NCBI GenBank assembly: GCA_964016885.1
Contig: OZ024744.1
Span: forward strand, 16,616,001-16,680,000
Direction of reading: 5' to 3'
DNA: 64,000 nt
DNA from: Eledone cirrhosa
Lineage: Eukaryota
Position numbers and translations under genes: made by a program. This document shows positions 11,270-25,800 of the stretch, one piece after another. Positions within the stretch are counted from its first letter, which is position 1; every line of letters starts with the position of its first letter. The notes below the pieces were generated by a model, which did no database searches, had not been told where the DNA came from, and saw only the letters and a list, made by a program, of their open reading frames with translations.

Positions 11270-14200
11270 CTGTGTTTACTGTAGTACTGTGTAAAGTGTA
11301 CTGTTCTCCTGAAGAATATGTCCCGTGTTTACTGTAGTACTGTGTAAAGTGTACTCTTCACCTGAAGAATGTGTCCTGTGTTTACTGTAGTACTGTGTAA
11401 AGTGTACTGTTCACCTGAAGAATGTGTCCTGTGTCTACTGTAGTACTGTGTAAAGTATAATGCACAGCTGAAGAAAGTGTCCTGTGCTTACTGTAGTACT
11501 GTGTAAAATTTACTGTTCACCTGAAGAATGTGTACTGTGTTTACGGTAGTACTGTGTAAAGTGTACTGTTCACCTGAAGAATGTATCCTGTGTTTACTGT
11601 TTTACTGTGGTACTGTGTAAAGCGTATTGTTCAGCTGAAGGATGTGTCCTGTGTTTACTGTAGTACTGTGTAACATGTACTGTTCAGCTAACTAATGGTT
11701 CCTGTGTTTACTGCAGTACTGTGTAAAGTGTACTGTTCACCTGAATAATGTGTCCTGTGTTTACTGTCGTACTGTGTAAAGTGTACTCTTCACCTGAAGA
11801 ATGTGTCCTGTGTTTGCTGCAGTACTGTGTAAAGTGTACTGTTCACCTGAAGAATGTGTCCTGTGTTTACTGTAGTAACGTGTAAAGTGTACTGTTCACC
11901 TGACGAATGTGTCCTGTGTTTATTGTAGTACTGTGTAATGTGTACTGTTCACCTGAATAATGTGTCCTGTGTTTACTGTAGTACTGTGTAAAGTGTACTC
12001 TTCACCTGAAGAATGTGTACTGTGTTTACTGTAGTACTGTGTAAAGTGTACTGTTCACCTGAAGAGTGTATCCTGTGTTTACTGTTTTACTGTGTAAAGC
12101 GTATTGTTTAGCTGAAGGATGTGTCCTGTGTTTACTGTAGTACTGTGTAACATGTACTGTTCAGCTAACTAATGGTTCCTGTGTTTACTGTAGTACTGTG
12201 TAAAGTGTACTGTTCACCTGAAGAATGTGTCCTGTGTTTACTGTGGTACAGTGTAAAGTGTACTGTTCACCTGAAGAAAGTGTCCTGTGTTTACTGTAGT
12301 AACGTGTAAAGTGTACTGTTCACTTGAAGAATGTGTCCTGTGTTTACTGTAGTACTGTGTAAAGTGTACTGTTCACCTGAAGAATGTGTCCTGTGTTTAC
12401 TGTAGTACTGTGTAAAGTGTACTGTTCACCTGAAGAATGTGTCCTGTGTTTACTGTAGTACTGTGTAAAGTGTACTGTTCACCTGAAGAATGTGTCCTGT
12501 GTTTACTGTAGTACTGTGTAAAGTGTATTGTTCACATGAAGAATGTGTCCTGTGTTTACTGTAGTACTGTGTAAAGTGTACTGTTCACCTGACGAATGTG
12601 TCCTGTGTTTACTGTAGTACTGTGTAAAGTGTACTGTTCACCTGAAGAATGTGTCCTGTGTTTACTGTAGTACTGTGTAAAGTGTACTGTACACCTGAAG
12701 AATGTGTCCTGTGTTTACTGTAGTACTGTGTAAAGTGTACTGTTCAGCTGAAGAATGTGTCCTGTGTTTACTGTAGTACTGTGTAAAGTGTACTGTTCAC
12801 CTGAAGAATGTGTCCTGTGTTTACTGTAGTACTGTGTAAAGTGTATTGTTCACATGAAGAATGTGTCCTGTGTTTACTGTAGTACTGTGTAAAGTGTACT
12901 GTTCACCTGACGAATGTGTCCTGTGTTTACTGTAGTACAGTGTAATGTGTACTGTTCAGCTGAAGAATGTGTCCTGTGTTTACTGTAGTACTGTGTAAAG
13001 TGTACTGTTCACCTGAAGAATGTGTCCAGTGTTTTCTGTAGTACTGCGTAAAGTGTACTGTTCACCTGAAGAATGTGTCCTGTGTTTACTGTAGTACTGT
13101 GTAAAGTGTAATTTTCACCTGAAGAATGTGTCCTGTGTTTTCTGTAGTACTGCGTAAAGTGTACTGTTCACCTGAAGAATGTGTCCTGTGTTTACTGTGG
13201 TACTGTGTAAAGTGTACTGTTCACTTGAAGAACGTGTCATGTGTTTACTGTGGTACTGTGTAAAGTGTATTGTTCACATGAAGAATGTGTCCTGTGTTTA
13301 CTGTAGTACTGTGTAAAGTGTACTGTTCACCTGACGAATGTGTCCTGTGTTTACTGTAGTAATGTGTAAAGTGTGCTGTTCAGCTGAAGAATATGTCCTG
13401 TGTTTACTGTGGTACGGTGTAAAGTGTACTGTTCACCTGAAGAATATGTCCCGTGTTTACTGTAGTACTGTGTAAAGTGTACTGTTCACCTGAAGTATGT
13501 GTCCTGTGTTTACTGTAGAACTGTGTAAAGTGTACTGTTCAGCTGAAGAATGTGTCCTGTGTTTACTGTAGTACTGTGTAAAGTGTACTGCTCAGCTGAA
13601 GAATGTGTCCTGTGTTTACTGTCGTACTGTGTAAAGTGTACTGTTCAGCTGAAAAATGTGTCCTGTGTTTGCTGCAGTACTGTGTAAAGTGTACAGTTCA
13701 GCTGAAGAATGTGTCCTGTGTTTACTGTAGTACTGTGTAAAGTGTACTGTTCACCTGACGAACGTGTCCTGTGTTTATGGTAGTAATGTGTAAAGTGTAC
13801 TGTTCACCTGAAGAATGTGTCCTGTGTTTAATGTAGTACTGTGTAAAGTGTACTGTTCACCTGAAGAATGTGTCCCCTGTTTACTGTAGTACTGTGTAAA
13901 GTGTACTGTTCAGCTGAAGAAAGTGTCCTGTGTTTACTGTAGTACTGTGTAAAGTGTACTGTTCACCTGAAGAATGTGTCCTGTGTTTACTGTAGTACTG
14001 TGTATAGTGTACTGTTCACCTGCAGAAAGTGTCCTGTGTTTACTGTAGTAACGTGTAAAGTGTACTGTTCACCTGAAGAATATGTCCTGTGTTTACTGTA
14101 GTACTGTGTAAAGTGTACTGTTCACCTGAAGAATGTGTCCTGTGTTGACTGTGGTACAGTGTAAAGGGTACTGTTCAGCTGAGGAATGTGTCCTGTGATT

Positions 14201-17200
14201 ACTGTAGTACTGTGTAAAGTGTACTGTTCAGCTGAAGAATGTGTCCTGTGTTTACTGTAGTACTGTGTAAAGTGTACTGTTCACCTGAAGAAAGTGCCTG
14301 TGTTGACTGTAGTACTGTGTAAAGTGTACTGTTCAGCTGAGGAATGTGTCCTGTGTTTACTGTAGTACTGTGTAAAGTGTACTGTTCAGCTGAGGAATGT
14401 GTCCTGTGTTTACTGTAGTACTGTGTAAAGTGTACTATTCACCTGAGGAATGTGTCCTGTGTTTACTGTAGTACTGTGTAAAGTGTACTGTTCACCTGAA
14501 AAAAGTGTCCTGTGTTTACTGTAGTAACGTGTAAAGTGTACTGTTCACCTGAAGAATGTGTCCTGTGTTTACTGTAGTACTGTGTAAAGTGTACTGTTCA
14601 CCTGATGAAAGTGTCCTGTGTTTATTGTAGTAACGTGTAAAGTGTACTGTTCACCTGAAGAATGTGTCCTGTGTTTACTGTAGTACTGTGTAAAGTGTAC
14701 TGTTCACCTGAAGAAAGTGTCCTGTGTTTACTGTAGTAACGTGTAAAGTGTACTGTTCACCTGAAGAATGTGTCCTGTGTTTACTGTAGTACTGTCTAAA
14801 GTGTACTGTTCACCTGAAGAAAGTGTCCTGTGTTTATTGTAGTAACGTGTAAAGTGTACTGTCCACCTGAAGAATGTGTCCTGTGTTTACTGTAGTACTG
14901 TGTAAAGTGTACTGTTCACCTGAAGAATGTGTCCTGTGTTTACTGTAGTACTGTGTAAAGTGTACTGTTCACCTGAAGAAAGTGTCCTGTGTTTATTGTA
15001 GTAACGTGTAAAGTGTACCGTTCACCTGAAGAATCTGTCCTGTGTTTACTGTAGTACTGTGTAAAGTGTACTGTTCACCTGAAGAAAGTGTCCTGTGTTT
15101 ACTGTAGTAACGTGTAAAGTGTACTGTTCACCTGAAGAATGTGTCCTGTGTTTACTGTAGTACTGTGTAAAGTGTACTGTTCACCTGAAGAATATGTCCT
15201 GTGTTTACTGTAGTACTGTGTAAAGTGTACTGTTCATCTGAAGAATATGTCCTGTGTTTACTGTAGTACTGTGTAAAGTATAATGTTTAGCTGAAGAAAG
15301 TGTCCTGTGTTTACTGTAGTACTGTGTAAAGTGTACTGTTCACCTGAAGAATGTGTCCTGTGTTTACTGTGGTACAGTGTAAAGTGTAGTGTTCACCTGA
15401 AGAAAGTGTCCTGTGTTTACTGTAGTAACGTGTAAAGTGTACTGTTCACTTGAAGAATGTGTCCTGTGTTTACTGTAGTACTGTGTAAAGTGTACTGTTC
15501 ACCTGAAGAATGTGTCCTGTGTTTACTGTAGTACTGTGTAAAGTGTACTGTTCAGCTGAAGAATGTGTCCTGTGTTTACTGTAGTACTGTGTAAAGTGTA
15601 CTGTTCACCTGAAGAATGTGTCCTGTGTTGACTGTAGTACTGTGTAAAGTGTATTGTTCACATGAAGAATGTGTCCTGTGTTTACTGTAGTACTGTGTAA
15701 AGTGTACTGTTCACCTGACGAATATGTCCTGTGTTTACTGTAGTACAGTGTAACGTGTACTTTTCAGCTGAAGAATGTGTCCTGTGTTTACTGTAATACT
15801 GTGTAAAGTGTAATTTTCACCTGAAGAATGTGTCCTGTGTTTTCTGTAGTACTGCGTAAAGTGTACTGTTCACATGAAGAATGTGTCCTGTGTTTACTGT
15901 GGTACTGTGTAAAGTGTACTGTTCACCTGAAGAACGTGTCATGTGTTTACTGTGGTACTGTGTAAAGTGTATTGTTCACATGAAGAATGTGTCCTGTGTT
16001 TACTGTAGTACTGTGTAAAGTGTACTGTTCACCTGACGAATGTGTCCTGTGTTTACTGTAGTAATGTGTAAAGTGTGCTGTTCAGCTGAAGAATATGTCC
16101 TGTGTTTACTGTGGTACGGTGTAAAGTGTACTGTTCACCTGAAGAATATGTCCCGTGTTTACTGTAGTACTGTGTAAAGTGTACTGTTCACCTGAAGTAT
16201 GTGTCCTGTGTTTACTGTAGAACTGTGTAAAGTGTACTGTTCAGCTGAAGAATGTGTCCTGTGTTTACTGTAGTACTGTATAAAGTGTACTGCTCAGCTG
16301 AAGAATGTGTCATGTGTTTACTGTCGTACTGTGTAAAGTGTACTGTTCAGCTGAAAAATGTGTCCTGTGTTTGCTGCAGTACTGTGTAAAGTGTACAGTT
16401 CAGCTGAAGAATGTGTCCTGTGTTTACTGTAGTACTGTGTAAAGTGTACTGTTCACCTGACGAACGTGTCCTGTGTTTATGGTAGTAATGTGTAAAGTGT
16501 ACTGTTCACCTGAAGAATGTGTCCTGTGTTTAATGTAGTACTGTGTAAAGTGTACTGTTCACCTGAAGAATGTGTCCGCTGTTTACTGTAGTACTGTGTA
16601 AAGTGTACTGTTCAGCTGAAGAAAGTGTCCTGTGTTTACTGTAGTACTGTGTAAAGTGTACTGTTCACCTGAAGAATGTGTCCTGTGTTTACTGTAGTAC
16701 TGTGTATAGTGTACTGTTCACCTGCAGAAAGTGTCCTGTGTTTACTGTAGTAACGTGTAAAGTGTACTGTTCACCTGAAGAATGTGTCCTGTGTTTACTG
16801 TAATACTGTGTAAAGTGTACTGTTCACCTGAAGAATGTGTCCTGTGTTGACTGTGGTACAGTGTAAAGGGTACTGTTCAGCTGAGGAATGTGTCCTGTGT
16901 TTACTGTAGTACTGTGTAAAGTGTACTGTTCAGTTGAAGAATGTGTCCTGTGTTTACTGTAGTACTGTGTAAAGTGTACTGTTCACCTGAAGAAAGTGCC
17001 TGTGTTGACTGTAGTACTGTGTAAAGTGTACTGTTCAGCTGAGGAATGTGTCCTGTGTTTACTGTAGTACTGTGTAAAGTGTACTGTTCTCCTGAAGAAT
17101 ATGTCCCGTGTTTACTGTAGTACTGTGTAAAGTGTACTCTTCACCTGAAGAATGTGTCCTGTGTTTACTGTAGTACTGTGTAAAGTGTACTGTTCACCTG

Positions 17201-20200
17201 AAGAATGTGTCCTGTGTCTACTGTAGTACTGTGTAAAGTATAATGCACAGCTGAAGAAAGTGTCCTGTGCTTACTGTAGTACTGTGTAAAATTTACTGTT
17301 CACCTGAAGAATGTGTACTGTGTTTACGGTAGTACTGTGTAAAGTGTACTGTTCACCTGAAGAATGTATCCTGTGTTTACTGTTTTACTGTGGTACTGTG
17401 TAAAGCGTATTGTTCAGCTGAAGGATGTGTCCTGTGTTTACTGTAGTACTGTGTAACATGTACTGTTCAGCTAACTAATGGTTCCTGTGTTTACTGCAGT
17501 ACTGTGTAAAGTGTACTGTTCACCTGAATAATGTGTCCTGTGTTTACTGTCGTACTGTGTAAAGTGTACTCTTCACCTGAAGAATGTGTCCTGTGTTTGC
17601 TGCAGTACTGTGTAAAGTGTACTGTTCACCTGAAGAATGTGTCCTGTGTTTACTGTAGTAACGTGTAAAGTGTACTGTTCACCTGACGAATGTGTCCTGT
17701 GTTTATTGTAGTACTGTGTAATGTGTACTGTTCACCTGAATAATGTGTCCTGTGTTTACTGTAGTACTGTGTAAAGTGTACTCTTCACCTGAAGAATGTG
17801 TACTGTGTTTACTGTAGTACTGTGTAAAGTGTACTGTTCACCTGAAGAGTGTATCCTGTGTTTACTGTTTTACTGTGTAAAGCGTATTGTTTAGCTGAAG
17901 GATGTGTCCTGTGTTTACTGTAGTACTGTGTAACATGTACTGTTCAGCTAACTAATGGTTCCTGTGTTTACTGTAGTACTGTGTAAAGTGTACTGTTCAC
18001 CTGAAGAATGTGTCCTGTGTTTACTGTGGTACAGTGTAAAGTGTACTGTTCACCTGAAGAAAGTGTCCTGTGTTTACTGTAGTAACGTGTAAAGTGTACT
18101 GTTCACTTGAAGAATGTGTCCTGTGTTTACTGTAGTACTGTGTAAAGTGTACTGTTCACCTGAAGAATGTGTCCTGTGTTTACTGTAGTACTGTGTAAAG
18201 TGTACTGTTCACCTGAAGAATGTGTCCTGTGTTTACTGTAGTACTGTGTAAAGTGTACTGTTCACCTGAAGAATGTGTCCTGTGTTTACTGTAGTACTGT
18301 GTAAAGTGTATTGTTCACATGAAGAATGTGTCCTGTGTTTACTGTAGTACTGTGTAAAGTGTACTGTTCACCTGACGAATGTGTCCTGTGTTTACTGTAG
18401 TACTGTGTAAAGTGTACTGTTCACCTGAAGAATGTGTCCTGTGTTTACTGTAGTACTGTGTAAAGTGTACTGTACACCTGAAGAATGTGTCCTGTGTTTA
18501 CTGTAGTACTGTGTAAAGTGTACTGTTCAGCTGAAGAATGTGTCCTGTGTTTACTGTAGTACTGTGTAAAGTGTACTGTTCACCTGAAGAATGTGTCCTG
18601 TGTTTACTGTAGTACTGTGTAAAGTGTATTGTTCACATGAAGAATGTGTCCTGTGTTTACTGTAGTACTGTGTAAAGTGTACTGTTCACCTGACGAATGT
18701 GTCCTGTGTTTACTGTAGTACAGTGTAATGTGTACTGTTCAGCTGAAGAATGTGTCCTGTGTTTACTGTAGTACTGTGTAAAGTGTACTGTTCACCTGAA
18801 GAATGTGTCCAGTGTTTTCTGTAGTACTGCGTAAAGTGTACTGTTCACCTGAAGAATGTGTCCTGTGTTTACTGTAGTACTGTGTAAAGTGTAATTTTCA
18901 CCTGAAGAATGTGTCCTGTGTTTTCTGTAGTACTGCGTAAAGTGTACTGTTCACCTGAAGAATGTGTCCTGTGTTTACTGTAGTACTGTGTAAAGTGTAC
19001 TGTTCACTTGAAGAACGTGTCATGTGTTTACTGTGGTACTGTGTAAAGTGTATTGTTCACATGAAGAATGTGTCCTGTGTTTACTGTAGTACTGTGTAAA
19101 GTGTACTGTTCACCTGACGAATGTGTCCTGTGTTTACTGTAGTAATGTGTAAAGTGTGCTGTTCAGCTGAAGAATATGTCCTGTGTTTACTGTGGTACGG
19201 TGTAAAGTGTACTGTTCACCTGAAGAATATGTCCCGTGTTTACTGTAGTACTGTGTAAAGTGTACTGTTCACCTGAAGTATGTGTCCTGTGTTTACTGTA
19301 GAACTGTGTAAAGTGTACTGTTCAGCTGAAGAATGTGTCCTGTGTTTACTGTAGTACTGTGTAAAGTGTACTGCTCAGCTGAAGAATGTGTCCTGTGTTT
19401 ACTGTCGTACTGTGTAAAGTGTACTGTTCAGCTGAAAAATGTGTCCTGTGTTTGCTGCAGTACTGTGTAAAGTGTACAGTTCAGCTGAAGAATGTGTCCT
19501 GTGTTTACTGTAGTACTGTGTAAAGTGTACTGTTCACCTGACGAACGTGTCCTGTGTTTATGGTAGTAATGTGTAAAGTGTACTGTTCACCTGAAGAATG
19601 TGTCCTGTGTTTAATGTAGTACTGTGTAAAGTGTACTGTTCACCTGAAGAATGTGTCCCCTGTTTACTGTAGTACTGTGTAAAGTGTACTGTTCAGCTGA
19701 AGAAAGTGTCCTGTGTTTACTGTAGTACTGTGTAAAGTGTACTGTTCACCTGAAGAATGTGTCCTGTGTTTACTGTAGTACTGTGTATAGTGTACTGTTC
19801 ACCTGCAGAAAGTGTCCTGTGTTTACTGTAGTAACGTGTAAAGTGTACTGTTCACCTGAAGAATATGTCCTGTGTTTACTGTAGTACTGTGTAAAGTGTA
19901 CTGTTCACCTGAAGAATGTGTCCTGTGTTGACTGTGGTACAGTGTAAAGGGTACTGTTCAGCTGAGGAATGTGTCCTGTGATTACTGTAGTACTGTGTAA
20001 AGTGTACTGTTCAGCTGAAGAATGTGTCCTGTGTTTACTGTAGTACTGTGTAAAGTGTACTGTTCACCTGAAGAAAGTGCCTGTGTTGACTGTAGTACTG
20101 TGTAAAGTGTACTGTTCAGCTGAGGAATGTGTCCTGTGTTTACTGTAGTACTGTGTAAAGTGTACTGTTCAGCTGAGGAATGTGTCCTGTGTTTACTGTA

Positions 20201-22869
20201 GTACTGTGTAAAGTGTACTATTCACCTGAGGAATGTGTCCTGTGTTTACTGTAGTACTGTGTAAAGTGTACTGTTCACCTGAAAAAAGTGTCCTGTGTTT
20301 ACTGTAGTAACGTGTAAAGTGTACTGTTCACCTGAAGAATGTGTCCTGTGTTTACTGTAGTACTGTGTAAAGTGTACTGTTCACCTGATGAAAGTGTCCT
20401 GTGTTTATTGTAGTAACGTGTAAAGTGTACTGTTCACCTGAAGAATGTGTCCTGTGTTTACTGTAGTACTGTGTAAAGTGTACTGTTCACCTGAAGAAAG
20501 TGTCCTGTGTTTACTGTAGTAACGTGTAAAGTGTACTGTTCACCTGAAGAATGTGTCCTGTGTTTACTGTAGTACTGTCTAAAGTGTACTGTTCACCTGA
20601 AGAAAGTGTCCTGTGTTTATTGTAGTAACGTGTAAAGTGTACTGTCCACCTGAAGAATGTGTCCTGTGTTTACTGTAGTACTGTGTAAAGTGTACTGTTC
20701 ACCTGAAGAATGTGTCCTGTGTTTACTGTAGTACTGTGTAAAGTGTACTGTTCACCTGAAGAAAGTGTCCTGTGTTTATTGTAGTAACGTGTAAAGTGTA
20801 CCGTTCACCTGAAGAATCTGTCCTGTGTTTACTGTAGTACTGTGTAAAGTGTACTGTTCACCTGAAGAAAGTGTCCTGTGTTTACTGTAGTAACGTGTAA
20901 AGTGTACTGTTCACCTGAAGAATGTGTCCTGTGTTTACTGTAGTACTGTGTAAAGTGTACTGTTCACCTGAAGAATATGTCCTGTGTTTACTGTAGTACT
21001 GTGTAAAGTGTACTGTTCATCTGAAGAATATGTCCTGTGTTTACTGTAGTACTGTGTAAAGTATAATGTTTAGCTGAAGAAAGTGTCCTGTGTTTACTGT
21101 AGTACTGTGTAAAGTGTACTGTTCACCTGAAGAATGTGTCCTGTGTTTACTGTGGTACAGTGTAAAGTGTAGTGTTCACCTGAAGAAAGTGTCCTGTGTT
21201 TACTGTAGTAACGTGTAAAGTGTACTGTTCACTTGAAGAATGTGTCCTGTGTTTACTGTAGTACTGTGTAAAGTGTACTGTTCACCTGAAGAATGTGTCC
21301 TGTGTTTACTGTAGTACTGTGTAAAGTGTACTGTTCAGCTGAAGAATGTGTCCTGTGTTTACTGTAGTACTGTGTAAAGTGTACTGTTCACCTGAAGAAT
21401 GTGTCCTGTGTTGACTGTAGTACTGTGTAAAGTGTATTGTTCACATGAAGAATGTGTCCTGTGTTTACTGTAGTACTGTGTAAAGTGTACTGTTCACCTG
21501 ACGAATATGTCCTGTGTTTACTGTAGTACAGTGTAACGTGTACTTTTCAGCTGAAGAATGTGTCCTGTGTTTACTGTAATACTGTGTAAAGTGTAATTTT
21601 CACCTGAAGAATGTGTCCTGTGTTTTCTGTAGTACTGCGTAAAGTGTACTGTTCACATGAAGAATGTGTCCTGTGTTTACTGTGGTACTGTGTAAAGTGT
21701 ACTGTTCACCTGAAGAACGTGTCATGTGTTTACTGTGGTACTGTGTAAAGTGTATTGTTCACATGAAGAATGTGTCCTGTGTTTACTGTAGTACTGTGTA
21801 AAGTGTACTGTTCACCTGACGAATGTGTCCTGTGTTTACTGTAGTAATGTGTAAAGTGTGCTGTTCAGCTGAAGAATATGTCCTGTGTTTACTGTGGTAC
21901 GGTGTAAAGTGTACTGTTCACCTGAAGAATATGTCCCGTGTTTACTGTAGTACTGTGTAAAGTGTACTGTTCACCTGAAGTATGTGTCCTGTGTTTACTG
22001 TAGAACTGTGTAAAGTGTACTGTTCAGCTGAAGAATGTGTCCTGTGTTTACTGTAGTACTGTATAAAGTGTACTGCTCAGCTGAAGAATGTGTCATGTGT
22101 TTACTGTCGTACTGTGTAAAGTGTACTGTTCAGCTGAAAAATGTGTCCTGTGTTTGCTGCAGTACTGTGTAAAGTGTACAGTTCAGCTGAAGAATGTGTC
22201 CTGTGTTTACTGTAGTACTGTGTAAAGTGTACTGTTCACCTGACGAACGTGTCCTGTGTTTATGGTAGTAATGTGTAAAGTGTACTGTTCACCTGAAGAA
22301 TGTGTCCTGTGTTTAATGTAGTACTGTGTAAAGTGTACTGTTCACCTGAAGAATGTGTCCGCTGTTTACTGTAGTACTGTGTAAAGTGTACTGTTCAGCT
22401 GAAGAAAGTGTCCTGTGTTTACTGTAGTACTGTGTAAAGTGTACTGTTCACCTGAAGAATGTGTCCTGTGTTTACTGTAGTACTGTGTATAGTGTACTGT
22501 TCACCTGCAGAAAGTGTCCTGTGTTTACTGTAGTAACGTGTAAAGTGTACTGTTCACCTGAAGAATGTGTCCTGTGTTTACTGTAATACTGTGTAAAGTG
22601 TACTGTTCACCTGAAGAATGTGTCCTGTGTTGACTGTGGTACAGTGTAAAGGGTACTGTTCAGCTGAGGAATGTGTCCTGTGTTTACTGTAGTACTGTGT
22701 AAAGTGTACTGTTCAGTTGAAGAATGTGTCCTGTGTTTACTGTAGTACTGTGTAAAGTGTACTGTTCACCTGAAGAAAGTGCCTGTGTTGACTGTAGTAC
22801 TGTGTAAAGTGTACTGTTCAGCTGAGGAATGTGTCCTGTGTTTACTGTAGTACTGTGTAAAGTGTACTG
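11270..22869 (+). repeat. Near-perfect tandem segmental duplication, period 5783 bp (109 monomers)
   Basis: Rare variants recur at offset 5783: TTCT(CCTG) 11304/17087; (GTG)ATTACT 14198/19981; TGCAGAAAG 14021/19804 and 16723/22506. 5783 = 109x53 + 8 - 2, matching the indel variants inside. Boundaries approximate. Confidence 0.93.
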
Positions 22870-25800
22870 TTCAGCTGAGGAATGTGTCCTGTGTTTACTG
22901 TAGTACTGTGTAAAGTGTACTATTCACCTGAGGAATGTGTCCTGTGTTTACTGTAGTACTGTGTAAAGTGTACTGTTCACCTGAAGAAAGTGTCCTGTGT
23001 TTACTGTAGTACTGTGTAAAGTGTACTGTTCACCTGAAGTATGTGTCCTGTGTTTACTGTAGAACTGTGTAAAGTGTACTGTTCAGCTGAAGAATGTGTC
23101 CTGTGTTTACTGTAGTACTGTGTAAAGTGTACTGCTCAGCTGAAGAATGTGTCCTGTGTTTACTGTCGTACTGTGTAAAGTGTACTGTTCAGCTGAAAAA
23201 TGTGTCCTGTGTTTGCTGCAGTACTGTGTAAAGTGTACAGTTCAGCTGAAGAATGTGTCCTGTGTTTACTGTAGTACTGTGTAAAGTGTACTGTTCACCT
23301 GACGAACGTGTCCTGTGTTTATGGTAGTAATGTGTAAAGTGTACTGTTCACCTGAAGAATGTGTCCTGTGTTTAATGTAGTACTGTGTAAAGTGTACTGT
23401 TCACCTGAAGAATGTGTCCCCTGTTTACTGTAGTACTGTGTAAAGTGTACTGTTCAGCTGAAGAAAGTGTCCTGTGTTTACTGTAGTACTGTGTAAAGTG
23501 TACTGTTCACCTGAAGAATGTGTCCTGTGTTTACTGTAGTACTGTGTATAGTGTACTGTTCACCTGCAGAAAGTGTCCTGTGTTTACTGTAGTAACGTGT
23601 AAAGTGTACTGTTCACCTGAAGAATATGTCCTGTGTTTACTGTAGTACTGTGTAAAGTGTACTGTTCACCTGAAGAATGTGTCCTGTGTTAACTGTGGTA
23701 CAGTGTAAAGGGTACTGTTCAGCTGAGGAATGTGTCCTGTGATTACTGTAGTACTGTGTAAAGTGTACTGTTCAGCTGAAGAATGTGTCCTGTGTTTACT
23801 GTAGTACTGTGTAAAGTGTACTGTTCACCTGAAGAAAGTGCCTGTGTTGACTGTAGTACTGTGTAAAGTGTACTGTTCAGCTGAGGAATGTGTCCTGTGT
23901 TTACTGTAGTACTGTGTAAAGTGTACTGTTCAGCTGAGGAATGTGTCCTGTGTTTACTGTAGTACTGTGTAAAGTGTACTATTCACCTGAGGAATGTGTC
24001 CTGTGTTTACTGTAGTACTGTGTAAAGTGTACTGTTCACCTGAAAAAAGTGTCCTGTGTTTACTGTAGTAACGTGTAAAGTGTACTGTTCACCTGAAGAA
24101 TGTGTCCTGTGTTTACTGTAGTACTGTGTAAAGTGTACTGTTCACCTGATGAAAGTGTCCTGTGTTTATTGTAGTAACGTGTAAAGTGTACTGTTCACCT
24201 GAAGAATGTGTCCTGTGTTTACTGTAGTACTGTGTAAAGTGTACTGTTCACCTGAAGAAAGTGTCCTGTGTTTACTGTAGTAACGTGTAAAGTGTACTGT
24301 TCACCTGAAGAATGTGTCCTGTGTTTACTGTAGTACTGTCTAAAGTGTACTGTTCACCTGAAGAAAGTGTCCTGTGTTTATTGTAGTAACGTGTAAAGTG
24401 TACTGTCCACCTGAAGAATGTGTCCTGTGTTTACTGTAGTACTGTGTAAAGTGTACTGTTCACCTGAAGAATGTGTCCTGTGTTTACTGTAGTACTGTGT
24501 AAAGTGTACTGTTCACCTGAAGAAAGTGTCCTGTGTTTATTGTAGTAACGTGTAAAGTGTACCGTTCACCTGAAGAATCTGTCCTGTGTTTACTGTAGTA
24601 CTGTGTAAAGTGTACTGTTCACCTGAAGAAAGTGTCCTGTGTTTACTGTAGTAACGTGTAAAGTGTACTGTTCACCTGAAGAATGTGTCCTGTGTTTACT
24701 GTAGTACTGTGTAAAGTGTACTGTTCACCTGAAGAATATGTCCTGTGTTTACTGTAGTACTGTGTAAAGTGTACTGTTCATCTGAAGAATATGTCCTGTG
24801 TTTACTGTAGTACTGTGTAAAGTATAATGTTTAGCTGAAGAAAGTGTCCTGTGTTTACTGTAGTACTGTGTAAAGTGTACTGTTCACCTGAAGAATGTGT
24901 CCTGTGTTTACTGTGGTACAGTGTAAAGTGTAGTGTTCACCTGAAGAAAGTGTCCTGTGTTTACTGTAGTAACGTGTAAAGTGTACTGTTCACTTGAAGA
25001 ATGTGTCCTGTGTTTACTGTAGTACTGTGTAAAGTGTACTGTTCACCTGAAGAATGTGTCCTGTGTTTACTGTAGTACTGTGTAAAGTGTACTGTTCAGC
25101 TGAAGAATGTGTCCTGTGTTTACTGTAGTACTGTGTAAAGTGTACTGTTCACCTGAAGAATGTGTCCTGTGTTGACTGTAGTACTGTGTAAAGTGTATTG
25201 TTCACATGAAGAATGTGTCCTGTGTTTACTGTAGTACTGTGTAAAGTGTACTGTTCACCTGACGAATATGTCCTGTGTTTACTGTAGTACAGTGTAACGT
25301 GTACTTTTCAGCTGAAGAATGTGTCCTGTGTTTACTGTAATACTGTGTAAAGTGTAATTTTCACCTGAAGAATGTGTCCTGTGTTTTCTGTAGTACTGCG
25401 TAAAGTGTACTGTTCACATGAAGAATGTGTCCTGTGTTTACTGTGGTACTGTGTAAAGTGTACTGTTCACCTGAAGAACGTGTCATGTGTTTACTGTGGT
25501 ACTGTGTAAAGTGTATTGTTCACATGAAGAATGTGTCCTGTGTTTACTGTAGTACTGTGTAAAGTGTACTGTTCACCTGACGAATGTGTCCTGTGTTTAC
25601 TGTAGTAATGTGTAAAGTGTGCTGTTCAGCTGAAGAATATGTCCTGTGTTTACTGTGGTACGGTGTAAAGTGTACTGTTCACCTGAAGAATATGTCCCGT
25701 GTTTACTGTAGTACTGTGTAAAGTGTACTGTTCACCTGAAGTATGTGTCCTGTGTTTACTGTAGAACTGTGTAAAGTGTACTGTTCAGCTGAAGAATGTG

